The notes under the pieces: model-generated
What the model saw: only the letters and a program-made list of their open reading frames with translations
What the model was told of the DNA's origin: nothing
Databases searched by the model: none
Made by a program: the position numbers and the translations under genes
Origin: a virus
Lineage: Duplodnaviria > Caudoviricetes
Virus record (IMG/VR): IMGVR_UViG_3300043414_000161
Location: 1-33,048 of that record
Length of the DNA stretch: 33,048 bases
Strand: one strand, 5' to 3'
In this document: piece by piece, positions 6,696 to 16,970 of the stretch
How positions within the stretch are numbered: the stretch's first letter is position 1
How the letters are laid out: every line of letters starts with the position of its first letter

Positions 6696-7043
6696 ATGCA
6701 AGAACATTTACCTACGGACGAGAGCAAACGCATGGTTGAAAGCACCAGCGGTTTAGGCTTGCCCCATGAGCAAATTGCCATATTGGTCGGCATAGATGAC
6801 AAGACACTGCGTAAGCACTACCGCACCGAACTGGACATGGGCAAGGCCAAGGCAAACGGGCAAATAGCCAAGACGCTGTTTAGCAAAGCCACGGGTGGGG
6901 ACACAACTGCGCTTATTTGGTGGACTAAAACCCAATTAAAGTGGGCTGAGACGCAAAAGCACGAAGTGACGGGCCAAGACGGTGCGCCACTGGTAACGGG
7001 TATCCAAGTTTCGTTTGTGAAACCCGATGAACCAAGTAACTGA
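6696..7043 (+). CDS. terS: Terminase small subunit
   Basis: N-terminal HTH (LPHEQIAILVGIDDKTLRKHY), ALIWWTK, HEVTGQDGAP tail; directly upstream of TerL. Confidence 0.85.
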   Translation: MQEHLPTDESKRMVESTSGLGLPHEQIAILVGIDDKTLRKHYRTELDMGKAKANGQIAKTLFSKATGGDTTALIWWTKTQLKWAETQKHEVTGQDGAPLVTGIQVSFVKPDEPSN

Positions 7044-8301
7044 GGCAATCTCAAAGGCTGAGTTCCCCATTAAGTTGCAGGGGTTGTTTAAGCCATCTCG
7101 GTATAAAGTATTACAAGGCGGCAGGGGCGGCGCAAAGAGTTGGGGCATAGCCCGTGCGTTGCTGATAAAAGGCGCTAAAGAGCCAATGAGGATACTTTGC
7201 GCCCGTGAGTACATGACCAGCATGAAGGATTCCGTCCATAAACTGCTGTGCGACCAAATACAGGCTTTGGGGCTTATTGGCTTTTATGAGATAACGCAAG
7301 CCAGCATTCGAGGGCAAAACGGCACGGAGTTCGCTTTTGTTGGCTTAAAGAACAATGTGGCAAACGTCAAATCCTATGAGGGCGTTGATGTGTGTTGGGT
7401 GGAAGAAGCCCAAACGGTAAGCCGCCTGAGTTGGAATGTGCTGATTCCTACTATCCGTAAGGAGAAATCCGAGATATGGGTATCGTTTAACCCTGAGTTG
7501 GAGACGGATGAAACTTACCAGCGGTTTGTTGCCCAGCCCCCGGCAGACTGCATCAGCATCAAAATCAACTGGTCGGACAACCCTTGGTTTCCCGAAACCC
7601 TACGGCTTGAGAAGGATGCGCTTAAATCCCGTGACCTTGAGGCATATAACCAAGTATGGGAAGGCTTATGCCGACGAACGGTTGATGGCGCTATCTTTGC
7701 CAAGGAATTGCAGCAAGCCGAACTAGACGGGCGCATTACCCGTGTGCCTTATGACGCTACAAAGCCTGTCCACGCCATCTTTGACTTGGGCTGGTCAGAC
7801 AGCACCTCAATTTGGTTCTTGCAGTTTGTGGGCATGGAAACCCGGCTGATTCGTTACATTGAAGACAGCCAAAAGACCATGAGCCACTACTTGGCGACCA
7901 TGCAAACCTACGGTTATGTGTACGACACGGTATGGCTACCCCATGATGCACAGAACAAAACCCTAGCAGCGGCAGGGCGCACCATTGAAGACATTGTGAG
8001 GGCGGCAGGGTATAAGACCCAAATTCTGCCCAAAGTGCCAATTTTGGATTCAATCAACGCAGCCCGTACAATCTTTCCATCTTGCTACTTTGACAGAGAA
8101 CACGCTGCTGACGGGATTAACTGTTTGCGGCATTACCGATATGAAGTTGACCCTGACACCAAGCAATTTAGCCGAACTCCGCTGCATGACCATTACAGCC
8201 ACGGCGCAGACGCATTTCGTTACATTGGCCTTATGATTAAAGAACCTGCACAACGCAAACCTAAAGCACAAGTTGCAATGGCAAGCGGTTGGATGGGATA
8301 A
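7027..8301 (+). CDS. terL: Terminase large subunit
   Basis: Walker A GGRGGAKS, Walker B VCWVEEA, SFNP coupling motif, nuclease DLGWSDST and HGADAFRY. Confidence 0.95.
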   Translation: MNQVTEAISKAEFPIKLQGLFKPSRYKVLQGGRGGAKSWGIARALLIKGAKEPMRILCAREYMTSMKDSVHKLLCDQIQALGLIGFYEITQASIRGQNGTEFAFVGLKNNVANVKSYEGVDVCWVEEAQTVSRLSWNVLIPTIRKEKSEIWVSFNPELETDETYQRFVAQPPADCISIKINWSDNPWFPETLRLEKDALKSRDLEAYNQVWEGLCRRTVDGAIFAKELQQAELDGRITRVPYDATKPVHAIFDLGWSDSTSIWFLQFVGMETRLIRYIEDSQKTMSHYLATMQTYGYVYDTVWLPHDAQNKTLAAAGRTIEDIVRAAGYKTQILPKVPILDSINAARTIFPSCYFDREHAADGINCLRHYRYEVDPDTKQFSRTPLHDHYSHGADAFRYIGLMIKEPAQRKPKAQVAMASGWMG

Positions 8302-8320
8302 TGGCGTAAAAGAGGTATTT

Positions 8321-10459
8321 ATGGCATACACAAAAGCATCAGGTAAAGACCAACGCATTACAGATGCGATTAAGTTTTGGGGTTTAGTCAATGACGCTGA
8401 CAGCACTAACCGTGCCGAGGCGTTGAACGACATTAAGTTTGCCGCTGGCGACCAATGGCCTGTTGAGATTCAGAACAGCCGCAACGTTGAAGCCCGTCCC
8501 TGCCTGACCATCAACAAGATTGATTCTTACATCCGGCAGGTCACAAACCAACAGCGCCAGCAGCGCCCACGGATTAAAGTTCACCCTGTCAACAACCTTG
8601 CGGACTACAAAATAGCCCAAGTGATTGAGGGCATGACCCGGCACATTGAAGTCAACAGCAACGCCGACACCGCTTACGACACAGCGTTTGACTATGCTGT
8701 ACGCATGGGTTGGGGCTACTGGCGCATCAACACCCGCTATGTGAGCGAGGATTCATTCGACCAAGAAATCTACATCGACACGATTGACAACCCGTTTACC
8801 GTGTACTTTGACCCAAACAGCATCTTGCCCGATGGTTCAGACGCAGAACGCTGCCTGATTACCACAATTATGGACAAGAAGGTGTTTAAGGATTATTACC
8901 CTGACGCTGACGATGGCGGCAACTTCACGCAGCGCAGCACAGGCGATGACACTGCGGCATGGATTACCAAAGAGGACATTCGCATTGCCGAGTTCTTTTA
9001 CATCGAGCGTGAACGGGCAAAACTTTACCATTTAAGCGATGGCAGCAAGCATTTTGCCGATGGCGACCGTTTCTTTGAGCGTGTAGAAGCCGCAGGGCTA
9101 ACCGTTGTTGATGAGCGTGACAGTTTCCGCAAGTCGGTCAAGTGGTGCAAGATGACCGCCCTCGAAGTGCTTGAGGAAAAGACTTGGGCAGGTAAATTTA
9201 TTCCCGTTGTGCCTTGCTATGGCGCACAGGTTATTGTTGATGACAAGCGCAAAAAGTACGGTTTGGTACGCTTTGCCAAAGACCCACAGCGGATGTACAA
9301 CTTTTGGCGCACAGCAATGACCGAATCGGTGGCGCTTGCTCCCAAGGCAAAGTGGCTGCTTGCAGAAGGCCAAGACGAAGGACACGAAAACGAGTGGGCA
9401 ATGGCTAACATCAAGTCAAGCCCCGTTCTGCGCTACAAGCAAAAAGACATTGAAGGCCAACCAGCCCCAGTACCGTCACGCTTGCAGCCCGAAGGCCCAC
9501 CACAAGGCATTATGGAAGCCGCTGGCGCTATTTCGGCAGACTTGCAGATGGTTTTGGGAATCATGGACCCGAACCAATTGCCAAGCGGTAACATTTCCGG
9601 CAAAGCAATCCAAGGCCAACAAAACCAAGTTGACCTGTCCAACTTCCACTTCTATGACAACATGACCCGCAGCATTCGGCACACGGGCAAAATCTTGCTG
9701 GACTTAATCCCCAAGATTTACGACACCGAGCGTGTCATGCGTATCATTGGCTCAGACGGACAGCCAGACATGACAACAATCAACCAAGCCACAGAAGTCG
9801 GCGAAGTGTTGAATGATGTGACTGTGGGCGAATACGATGTGGTGATGGACACTGGCCCGGGCTTCCAAAGCAAGCGCCAACAGGCAGTCGAGGCCATGAT
9901 GCCATTGCTTACCAGCAACCAAGAACTGTTCAACATTGCTGGCGACTTGGTGTTTAGAAACATGGATTTCCCCGGCGCAGACGTAATTGCAGACCGCCTT
10001 GCGTCAATGAACCCAATGGCAAACATTGACCAAAAATCTGACATTCCACCTGAAATACAGATGCGTTTGGCTCAAGCGCAGAAGCAAGTTCAAGATATGC
10101 AGCAGCAATTGCAAGCGGCACAGTTGGAAATCAACAACCGTGGTCAAGTTGCCCAAATCAAAGAGGAAGGCGCAAACAAGCGCAAACTCATGGACGTTAC
10201 CGCACGGGCGCACAACACCGAGACAATGGCAGAAGTCAAAGTCAATGACCAAAACACCCGTGCCATCACAAGCCAAAACAAAACCGAGATTGACGCAATT
10301 GTTGAACTATTGCTGCATCACATGGACACAACCCGTCTCATGAAAGAAATTGACAAGCGCAACATGGAACAAGGCCAATACGCCACGATTGCGGCGCAGG
10401 ATATTGACCAAGGGCAGAACCCGTTTATGGGCCAAGAACAACAGATGCCAATGCAATAA
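8321..10459 (+). CDS. Portal protein, P22 gp1-like
   Basis: ~712 aa after TerL; GDQW, RPCLTINKI, GLVRFAKDPQRMYN; Gln-rich C-terminal coiled-coil barrel; GAGG RBS. Confidence 0.9.
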   Translation: MAYTKASGKDQRITDAIKFWGLVNDADSTNRAEALNDIKFAAGDQWPVEIQNSRNVEARPCLTINKIDSYIRQVTNQQRQQRPRIKVHPVNNLADYKIAQVIEGMTRHIEVNSNADTAYDTAFDYAVRMGWGYWRINTRYVSEDSFDQEIYIDTIDNPFTVYFDPNSILPDGSDAERCLITTIMDKKVFKDYYPDADDGGNFTQRSTGDDTAAWITKEDIRIAEFFYIERERAKLYHLSDGSKHFADGDRFFERVEAAGLTVVDERDSFRKSVKWCKMTALEVLEEKTWAGKFIPVVPCYGAQVIVDDKRKKYGLVRFAKDPQRMYNFWRTAMTESVALAPKAKWLLAEGQDEGHENEWAMANIKSSPVLRYKQKDIEGQPAPVPSRLQPEGPPQGIMEAAGAISADLQMVLGIMDPNQLPSGNISGKAIQGQQNQVDLSNFHFYDNMTRSIRHTGKILLDLIPKIYDTERVMRIIGSDGQPDMTTINQATEVGEVLNDVTVGEYDVVMDTGPGFQSKRQQAVEAMMPLLTSNQELFNIAGDLVFRNMDFPGADVIADRLASMNPMANIDQKSDIPPEIQMRLAQAQKQVQDMQQQLQAAQLEINNRGQVAQIKEEGANKRKLMDVTARAHNTETMAEVKVNDQNTRAITSQNKTEIDAIVELLLHHMDTTRLMKEIDKRNMEQGQYATIAAQDIDQGQNPFMGQEQQMPMQ

Positions 10460-10539
10460 TTGACGTTTACAGAATTGTGTGGTAAAAACCACAAAACCTT
10501 ACCAGTTGGGTCAACTGGGTTAATTCTTAGGGAAACCTA
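10460..10539 (+). promoter_or_regulatory. Promoter and structured leader of scaffold/coat genes
   Basis: TTGACG-N17-TAAAAA with extended TG; hairpins CCAGTTG-GGT-CAACTGG and TAGG-GAAA-CCTA covering the RBS and the A of ATG. Confidence 0.55.
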
Positions 10540-11444
10540 TGGCAGATTTAGCGGAAAGACTTGCAGCCAATGTGGTGACAAGTGATAATTTAGCAGAATT
10601 TAATGCGAAAAGAATGGGTTTAGCCGAACCTTTGGAGGTAGTCGAGGCTGTGAAAGCAGAGCCGACCCCCGTTGAGGAAAGCCGGAGTGAGCCAATTGAA
10701 GCAAGCGATGATGCGACAGCAACAGAGGATAGAAAACAAAATCCTAAGTTGGAAAGACGGTTCTCTGAGATTACCAAGCAACGTGAAACCGCACGGGCAG
10801 ATGCCCAACGGGAACGGGAAGCAAGGGAAGTTTTAGAAGCCAAGGTAAGGGACTTGGAAGCCAAGGTAGCGCCTAAAGCCGAGCCAGCAGCAGACCAAGA
10901 ACCATTGCCCGAGCAGTTTACCGATATGTACGAATACGCCAAAGCGTTGACGGACTACCGGGTTGACCAGCGAATGAATGAGGAAAAGCAGAAGGAAGTA
11001 CAAGCAAGAGCAGCCGCCGAACGGGACAAAGTAATAAATGTTTGGGCCGACCGGGTTAAAGCAGCGAAAAGCGAGATTCCTGATTTTGATGACATGGTTG
11101 GGTCTGCTGACGTTACGGTAAGTAACGAAGTGCGGGACGCAATCTTTGAAAGCGAAGTCGGGCCTCGTATCTTGTACCATCTTGCTGAGAATCCTGAAAT
11201 CGCTACAAAACTGCAAGGCATGACCTTGACCTCCGCTTTGCGACATATTGGGAAGTTGGAAGCGCAGTTTGAAAAGACTGAGCCTCAGATAAAGCCTGTT
11301 GTTGGGAAAAGTAAAGCCCCCTCACCGATAAACCCAATTCGGTCTGCGGCTAACGGGCGTGATGTAAACCTTACTGGTGACGGTGAATTTCATGGTTCAT
11401 ATCAGGCTTGGAAAGCGGCGAGACTAGGTGGGCGAATTCGGTAA
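10539..11444 (+). CDS. Scaffolding protein (P22 gp8-like)
   Basis: Acidic helical 301 aa between portal and coat; SKAPSPINPI and basic C-terminal end. Confidence 0.85.
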   Translation: MADLAERLAANVVTSDNLAEFNAKRMGLAEPLEVVEAVKAEPTPVEESRSEPIEASDDATATEDRKQNPKLERRFSEITKQRETARADAQREREAREVLEAKVRDLEAKVAPKAEPAADQEPLPEQFTDMYEYAKALTDYRVDQRMNEEKQKEVQARAAAERDKVINVWADRVKAAKSEIPDFDDMVGSADVTVSNEVRDAIFESEVGPRILYHLAENPEIATKLQGMTLTSALRHIGKLEAQFEKTEPQIKPVVGKSKAPSPINPIRSAANGRDVNLTGDGEFHGSYQAWKAARLGGRIR

Positions 11445-11470
11445 ACCCATTCTTTTAAGGAAATTTTATT

Positions 11471-12718
11471 ATGTCCAACAATCTTCTGACGGTATCGATG
11501 ATTACCAATGAAGCGTTAATGGTTCTTGAGAACTCATTGACATTCTCTAGCGAAGTCGAACGCAACTATGACGACCAATTTGCCGTCACTGGTGCAAAAA
11601 TCGGCGCAACCCTGAACGTCCGTAAACCCGGTCGTTTTATCGGTACTACTGGCCCTGCTTTGAACGTTGAAGACTTCAACGAAACAAGCGTCCCCGTAAC
11701 CCTGTCCACTCAATTTCACGTGGATACGCAGTTTACAAGCCAAGACCTTACATTATCTCTGGATTCGTTCAGCGACCGTGTGTTGAAACCCGCTATTGCT
11801 GCTATTGCCAATAAGATTGACTTTGACGGTCTGACTATGGCGAAAAACAACACTGCTAACATCGTTGGCACTGCTGGCACACCTCCAACTGGCCTTATCA
11901 CCTACTTGACCGCTGGTGCATATTTGGACAGCGAAGGCGCACCTCGTGATGGTCGCCGTTCTTGCATCGTTGAGCCGTTCACTGGCGCAACTATTGTTGA
12001 CAGCCTGAAAGGTTTGTTTGTTCCTTCTGACAAAATTGCTGCTCAATACAGCAACGGTCTGATGGGCAAAGACTCCGCTGGCATGAACTGGCGCATGGAC
12101 CAGAACGTGATTTCGCAGACATTCGGTTCTTATGCAACCGCTACTTTGTCTTGCAACACCACGACTGGAACAGGCTTCTTGACAACTGGCTGGGCTTCAA
12201 CCTCCACCATTGCCTTGACCGCTGCTACTGCGACCGCTGGCTTGAAACAAGGTGACGTGATTCAGATTGCTGGCATTTATGCTGTCAACCCACAGAACCG
12301 CCAAGCCTACGGTAGCAACAAGTTGCGTAACTTTGTAGTGACCGCTGCTGTAACCGTGGCAACTTCCGGCACAACTGCTGTGACCGTTAGCCCTGCTGTG
12401 ATTACCGCTGGTCAGTTCCAGAACGTTAACTTGGCTTCTACCAGTTCTACTGCTGTGGTTACTCCGTTCAACAACACTGGTACTGTGTCTGCACAGAACA
12501 TCGTGATGCACAAAAACGCATTCACCTTGGCTTGCGCCGACCTCGAGTTGCCATCCGGTGTCGTGTTTGCAGGTCGCAGTTCTGATAAAGAACTCGGCTT
12601 GTCAATGCGTATCGTTCGCCAATACACCATCAACAACGATTCGATTCCGACCCGTGTTGACGTGTTGTACGGTTGGGCTCCGCTGTACCCTGAACTCGCT
12701 TGCCGAGTTGCAGCCTAA
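11471..12718 (+). CDS. Major capsid protein, P22 gp5-like
   Basis: MSNNLLT..MITNEAL..LEN, KIGATLNVRKP, C-terminal RVDVLYGW..LYPELACR; strong RBS. Confidence 0.93.
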   Translation: MSNNLLTVSMITNEALMVLENSLTFSSEVERNYDDQFAVTGAKIGATLNVRKPGRFIGTTGPALNVEDFNETSVPVTLSTQFHVDTQFTSQDLTLSLDSFSDRVLKPAIAAIANKIDFDGLTMAKNNTANIVGTAGTPPTGLITYLTAGAYLDSEGAPRDGRRSCIVEPFTGATIVDSLKGLFVPSDKIAAQYSNGLMGKDSAGMNWRMDQNVISQTFGSYATATLSCNTTTGTGFLTTGWASTSTIALTAATATAGLKQGDVIQIAGIYAVNPQNRQAYGSNKLRNFVVTAAVTVATSGTTAVTVSPAVITAGQFQNVNLASTSSTAVVTPFNNTGTVSAQNIVMHKNAFTLACADLELPSGVVFAGRSSDKELGLSMRIVRQYTINNDSIPTRVDVLYGWAPLYPELACRVAA

Positions 12719-12725
12719 TGGTCTA

Positions 12726-12751
12726 GGGGGGTGTAAAAGCCCCCCGTTCTT
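12726..12751 (+). terminator. Hairpin after coat gene (weak terminator/stabiliser)
   Basis: GGGGGGT-GTAAAA-GCCCCCC then GTTCTT. Confidence 0.45.
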
Positions 12752-12772
12752 AAACTCTTAAAGGAAAATATC

Positions 12773-13009
12773 ATGGCAAATCCCGGCCCAGCAACCACAG
12801 TAACCGCAAACTACATCTTTAATGGTGATGCAAGCGGTGGTGTCCTACTCGGTGGCTCTGCTACCAATTTGGTAGGCTTTCACGGCGCAACCCCAGTTGT
12901 CCAAGCCGCAGCAATTACCGCAATTACGAACAGCGCCACTGGCACTGAAATCGCAACTGCTGTAAACGCAATCATCACTGCTTTGAAAAACAAGGGCTTG
13001 ACAGCCTAA
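12773..13009 (+). CDS. Small virion protein (head decoration/fibre-like)
   Basis: 78 aa; VGFHGATPVVQ...VNAIITALKNKGL; AAGGA RBS. Confidence 0.65.
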   Translation: MANPGPATTVTANYIFNGDASGGVLLGGSATNLVGFHGATPVVQAAAITAITNSATGTEIATAVNAIITALKNKGLTA

Positions 13010-13030
13010 GTCGTATAGCAGCAATGACAG

Positions 13031-13065
13031 AAAGCCACTCTCAAAAGGGGTGGCTTTTTCTTTTT
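13031..13065 (+). terminator. Intrinsic terminator
   Basis: AAAGCCACTC-TCAAAAG-GGGTGGCTTT followed by TTCTTTTT; TATAAT at 13073 may restart transcription. Confidence 0.8.
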
Positions 13066-13104
13066 GCGGGTCTATAATTCACCAAACTTCCAAAGGACTG
13101 AAAA

Positions 13105-13443
13105 ATGGTCAACGTCTCAGTTATCCGTGTGTCAGGTCGTACATACGCACTCAATCTCACAACATCCGCTAGTACTGCGCTTTTAATCGAAGCCACTACC
13201 AACGACCAAGCCAACTACGTTCACTTGCTAAACACTGGAACTGGCGTTGCTGCTGTGGAGTTTTCTAACTCAAGCACAGTGACTACTCCTACCGTTGCAA
13301 GCACAGGCACTAGCGGTTCTTACGTTCTGCCAGCCGCAATGAACTATCCTTTGATTATTGCTGTGCCTAAAGCGCCGTTCTACATGAAGGCTATTAGTTC
13401 AGGCACAAATACACTTTACATCACAGCAGCCCAAGCGGGTTAA
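13105..13443 (+). CDS. Putative beta-sandwich virion protein
   Basis: 112 aa, T/S/A-rich, AAGGA RBS. Confidence 0.65.
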   Translation: MVNVSVIRVSGRTYALNLTTSASTALLIEATTNDQANYVHLLNTGTGVAAVEFSNSSTVTTPTVASTGTSGSYVLPAAMNYPLIIAVPKAPFYMKAISSGTNTLYITAAQAG

Positions 13444-13455
13444 ACGAAGGACGCT

Positions 13456-16218
13456 ATGTCCAACAACGAAACCGCAGTCACATCAACGGTTAATTTTGTA
13501 CCCGTACAGGGGACGTTTCAGCCAGCGCCCGGCTTTGAGTTAATCTCATTGATTGGCCCTGCTGGAACGCCTTTCTATGCCAGTATTTCGCCGAATCAAT
13601 CCGGCTTGAGCATTACCAACAGCACAATAAACAGCACCACCATTGGGGCAATAAGCCCGTCAACGGCTGCTTTTACTGCTGGTACGGTAACGGCTGCGCC
13701 ATCATCGGCAACTGACATTGCAAATAAACAATATGTTGATTACTTTGCTGCTGGTTTAAGTTGGAAAGCGCCCGTTATTGTTGCGACAACCGTAAACATC
13801 ACAAGCCTTTCAGGTCTTTTGACAGTTGACACCATAACTTTGGTGGCTGGCGACACGGTGTTGGTTAAGAACCAAACCAACGCAGCAGATAACGGAATTT
13901 ATGTTGTAGCGGCTGGCGCATGGACACGCTCCATCGGTTGTGACGTATGGTCTGAATTTATTGGCGCAATTGTTTTTGTAGTTGAAGGTTCTCAAAACGG
14001 CTCGGCTTGGTATTGCACGGCACAACCGGGCGGCACTTTAGGCGTTACCCCAAACAATTGGCCTAATTTCGCAGTTTCGTCAACTTATACGGCAGGTACA
14101 GGGTTAACCCTAGTTGCTCAACAATTCAGCATTACCCCCGTGGGAACTGCTGGAACTTATGGTTCGGCTTCGTCTGTACCCGTCTTTGTAACCAACGCAT
14201 CGGGCCAAGTTTCATCGGTTACGAATACGGCAATCGCAATTGCAAACACGGCAGTTTCAGGGCTTGGCACTATGTCAACCCAAAACGCCAATGCGGTGGC
14301 GATTACTGGCGGCACAATTAACGGCGCAACGGTTGGGGCTTCTACGGCGGCTGCAATCACTGGGACTACCGTCACTGCCAACACACAGTTTACAGGCGCA
14401 GGAACAGGGCTTTCCGGCACTGCTAGCGGTCTTTCCATCGGTGGAAATGCGGCAACTGCTACTTCTGCCACTTCTGCAACTACCGCAACTAACATTGCTG
14501 GTGGCGCTACGGGTTCATTGCCTTACCAAACGGCTGCGTCAACTACTGGAATGTTGGCAGCGGGTACGAATGGGCAAGTTTTAACGCTTTCGGCGGGTTC
14601 GCCATCATGGGCAACGCCAACCACCGGAACAGTTACCTCGGTGGCAATTTCAGTTCCGGCATTCTTGTCGGTCACAGGCTCGCCAATAACCTCAAGCGGG
14701 ACATTGGCGGTTTCGTACTCAGGCACGGCTTTACCTTTGGCAAACGGTGGGTCAGGTCAAACTACGGCGCAATTGGCAATGAACGCCTTTGCTGGCGCAG
14801 TCACCAGTGGGTCGTATTTGCGGGGCAACGGCACGAATGTGATTATGTCCACAATTCAAGCCGCCGATGTACCCACATTGAACCAAAACACCACGGGAAC
14901 AGCGTCTAACGTCACTGGCGTGGTTGCTATTGCCAACGGTGGCACAAACTCATCTACTGCAACGCCTACGGCTGGCGCTGTGCCTTACGGTACGGGAACG
15001 GCTTACGCTTTTACTGCGGCAGGAACAAGTGGTCAGGTTTTAACATCGGCTGGTTCTAGTACGCCAACATGGACAACGCCAGTTTCTTATGCCACTGTCA
15101 CCGATGACACAACAACTGCGACAACCCGTTACCCTTTGTTTGCAAGCGCCACGGCGGGAAATTTAACCACTGAGTACGTTAGTTCAACAAAACTGCAATA
15201 TGTGCCGTTGACAGGCGTTTTAACAGCGGTAGGATTTAGCGGGTCGGGCGCAAGTTTGACAAGCCTGACAGCGGGTAATTTAAGCGGGACAATCCCAAGC
15301 GCCGTATTGGGCAATTCCACTGTTTACGTTGGCACAACAGCCATTGCGCTTAACAGGGCATCAGGTTCAATAAGCCTGACTGGGACAAACATTGACGGTT
15401 CTGCTGGGTCGGCGACAACAGCGACAACAGCAACAAACGCTACCAACATTGCAATAACTGACAACACCAGTTCGGCTTCTACTTATTACCCTGTCATTTC
15501 GTCAGCAACAAGCGGCAATGTGGGCGCTACTACCTCATCCACAAAATTAAGTTTTGTACCCAATACGGGAACATTAACTGCTACTAATTTTGCTGGTTTG
15601 GCTTCAAACGCAACAAACATTGCCGGGGGAGCAAACTTACAAATACCGTACAACACGGCTTCTAGCACCACATCGTTTATTACTGCGCCAACAACTGCAA
15701 CCACTTATTTGCAATACAACGGCACAGGGTTTGTTTGGTCATCGGTAACGGCTACCACAGCCACAAACTTGGCTGGCGGCGTAGTTGGTTCAATTCCTTA
15801 CCAATCGGCACTCAACACAACATTGTTTTTAGCTGGTAATGCGACTACAACGCCGCAGTTTGTAACTTCTACTGGCACTTTGGGTTTGCCAACTGCCCCA
15901 ACCCTTACGGGTTCTACGGGTAGCGGTAGCGTAGTTTTGGCAACCAGCCCCACATTGGTGACACCTGCTTTGGGTACGCCATCAGCGTTAGTGGGGACAA
16001 ACATCACGGGAACTGCTGCTAGTTTGTCTATTGGCGGCACGGCGGCAAATGCAACAAATGTGGCGGTAACTGACAACACAAGTTCGGCTGCGGTTTGGTA
16101 TCCGACATTTACTAGCACAACCACTGGAAATTTACCTATCACTGTTTCGTCAACTAAACTAAAATACACCCCAAGCACAGGGGCTTTAACAGTATCTCAA
16201 CTTATCATTGCACCTTAA
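13456..16218 (+). CDS. Long repetitive fibre protein (920 aa)
   Basis: T/A/G/S-rich with DIANKQYVD, VLVKNQT..ADNGIYV and several internal repeat types. Confidence 0.85.
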   Translation: MSNNETAVTSTVNFVPVQGTFQPAPGFELISLIGPAGTPFYASISPNQSGLSITNSTINSTTIGAISPSTAAFTAGTVTAAPSSATDIANKQYVDYFAAGLSWKAPVIVATTVNITSLSGLLTVDTITLVAGDTVLVKNQTNAADNGIYVVAAGAWTRSIGCDVWSEFIGAIVFVVEGSQNGSAWYCTAQPGGTLGVTPNNWPNFAVSSTYTAGTGLTLVAQQFSITPVGTAGTYGSASSVPVFVTNASGQVSSVTNTAIAIANTAVSGLGTMSTQNANAVAITGGTINGATVGASTAAAITGTTVTANTQFTGAGTGLSGTASGLSIGGNAATATSATSATTATNIAGGATGSLPYQTAASTTGMLAAGTNGQVLTLSAGSPSWATPTTGTVTSVAISVPAFLSVTGSPITSSGTLAVSYSGTALPLANGGSGQTTAQLAMNAFAGAVTSGSYLRGNGTNVIMSTIQAADVPTLNQNTTGTASNVTGVVAIANGGTNSSTATPTAGAVPYGTGTAYAFTAAGTSGQVLTSAGSSTPTWTTPVSYATVTDDTTTATTRYPLFASATAGNLTTEYVSSTKLQYVPLTGVLTAVGFSGSGASLTSLTAGNLSGTIPSAVLGNSTVYVGTTAIALNRASGSISLTGTNIDGSAGSATTATTATNATNIAITDNTSSASTYYPVISSATSGNVGATTSSTKLSFVPNTGTLTATNFAGLASNATNIAGGANLQIPYNTASSTTSFITAPTTATTYLQYNGTGFVWSSVTATTATNLAGGVVGSIPYQSALNTTLFLAGNATTTPQFVTSTGTLGLPTAPTLTGSTGSGSVVLATSPTLVTPALGTPSALVGTNITGTAASLSIGGTAANATNVAVTDNTSSAAVWYPTFTSTTTGNLPITVSSTKLKYTPSTGALTVSQLIIAP

Positions 16219-16227
16219 GGAAACATC

Positions 16228-16803
16228 ATGGGTCAACTAGTATTTCAAGCAGCATTAGGCGGTCAAGTCAATTTGGCTGGGCCAAATACTGCAAGCACAT
16301 TTACGGCAACATTACCTGCGGAAACAGGAACGGTAGTCACAACGGGTGGAACAGGTCAAGTTTCTCAACCAATGTTGGCTACTGGTGTGGCAGGTACTGG
16401 CCCTGCGTTTAGTGCTACTAAAAGCGGAAGTCAAACTGGTATAAGTAACGCAACATTTCAAAAAGTTACTTTTGAGACTGAGGTTTTTGATACAAACAAC
16501 AATTTTGCATCAAGCCGTTTTACACCAACTGTGGCTGGTTATTACCAAATAAACACAGTTATAGACATGGGTTCTACGGTGACTTATGGCAACTCGGCTA
16601 TTGCTAAAAATGGTACTGCTGTGATTTATGGTAGTGGGGGAACTATCTCTGCTGCTGCTGAGTTAATTTCCGTTGCAAATGGAATAATTTACTGCAATGG
16701 CTCTACAGATTATATTGAAATTCAAGTTTATGTAGTTTCAACTAGTAATGTTGTTTATCCCGGCGGGGCTAGTTTTTCTGGTGCAATGGTAAGGGGAGCA
16801 TAA
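16228..16803 (+). CDS. Fibre tip/receptor-binding protein with C1q-like domain
   Basis: PAFSA...KVTFETEVFDTNNNF...FTPTVAGYYQI...DYIEI...FSGAMV. Confidence 0.75.
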   Translation: MGQLVFQAALGGQVNLAGPNTASTFTATLPAETGTVVTTGGTGQVSQPMLATGVAGTGPAFSATKSGSQTGISNATFQKVTFETEVFDTNNNFASSRFTPTVAGYYQINTVIDMGSTVTYGNSAIAKNGTAVIYGSGGTISAAAELISVANGIIYCNGSTDYIEIQVYVVSTSNVVYPGGASFSGAMVRGA

Positions 16804-16804
16804 C

Positions 16805-16966
16805 ATGACACTCTACGAAAAAATCAAATCACTTTATCCTTCCTTGGAAGAAAAAGACTTTCGAGACACCATCCGCTTGCAAAATGACAGCGATGGCAAA
16901 GGCGACTACATAGCCAAGTGGGAACACCCCACCTATGCACGACCAACACAAGAACAACTGGAGTAA
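16805..16966 (+). CDS. XkdW-like fibre assembly protein (53 aa)
   Basis: Own translation MTLYEKIKSLYP...LQNDSDGKGDYIAKWEHPTYARPTQEQLE; GGGAG RBS. Confidence 0.7.
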   Translation: MTLYEKIKSLYPSLEEKDFRDTIRLQNDSDGKGDYIAKWEHPTYARPTQEQLE

Positions 16967-16970
16967 TTTG

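Noticed and set aside
13456-16803. Diversity-generating retroelement or invertible fibre cassette
   Set aside because: No reverse transcriptase or invertase, and no near-identical TR/VR pair or inverted repeats seen.
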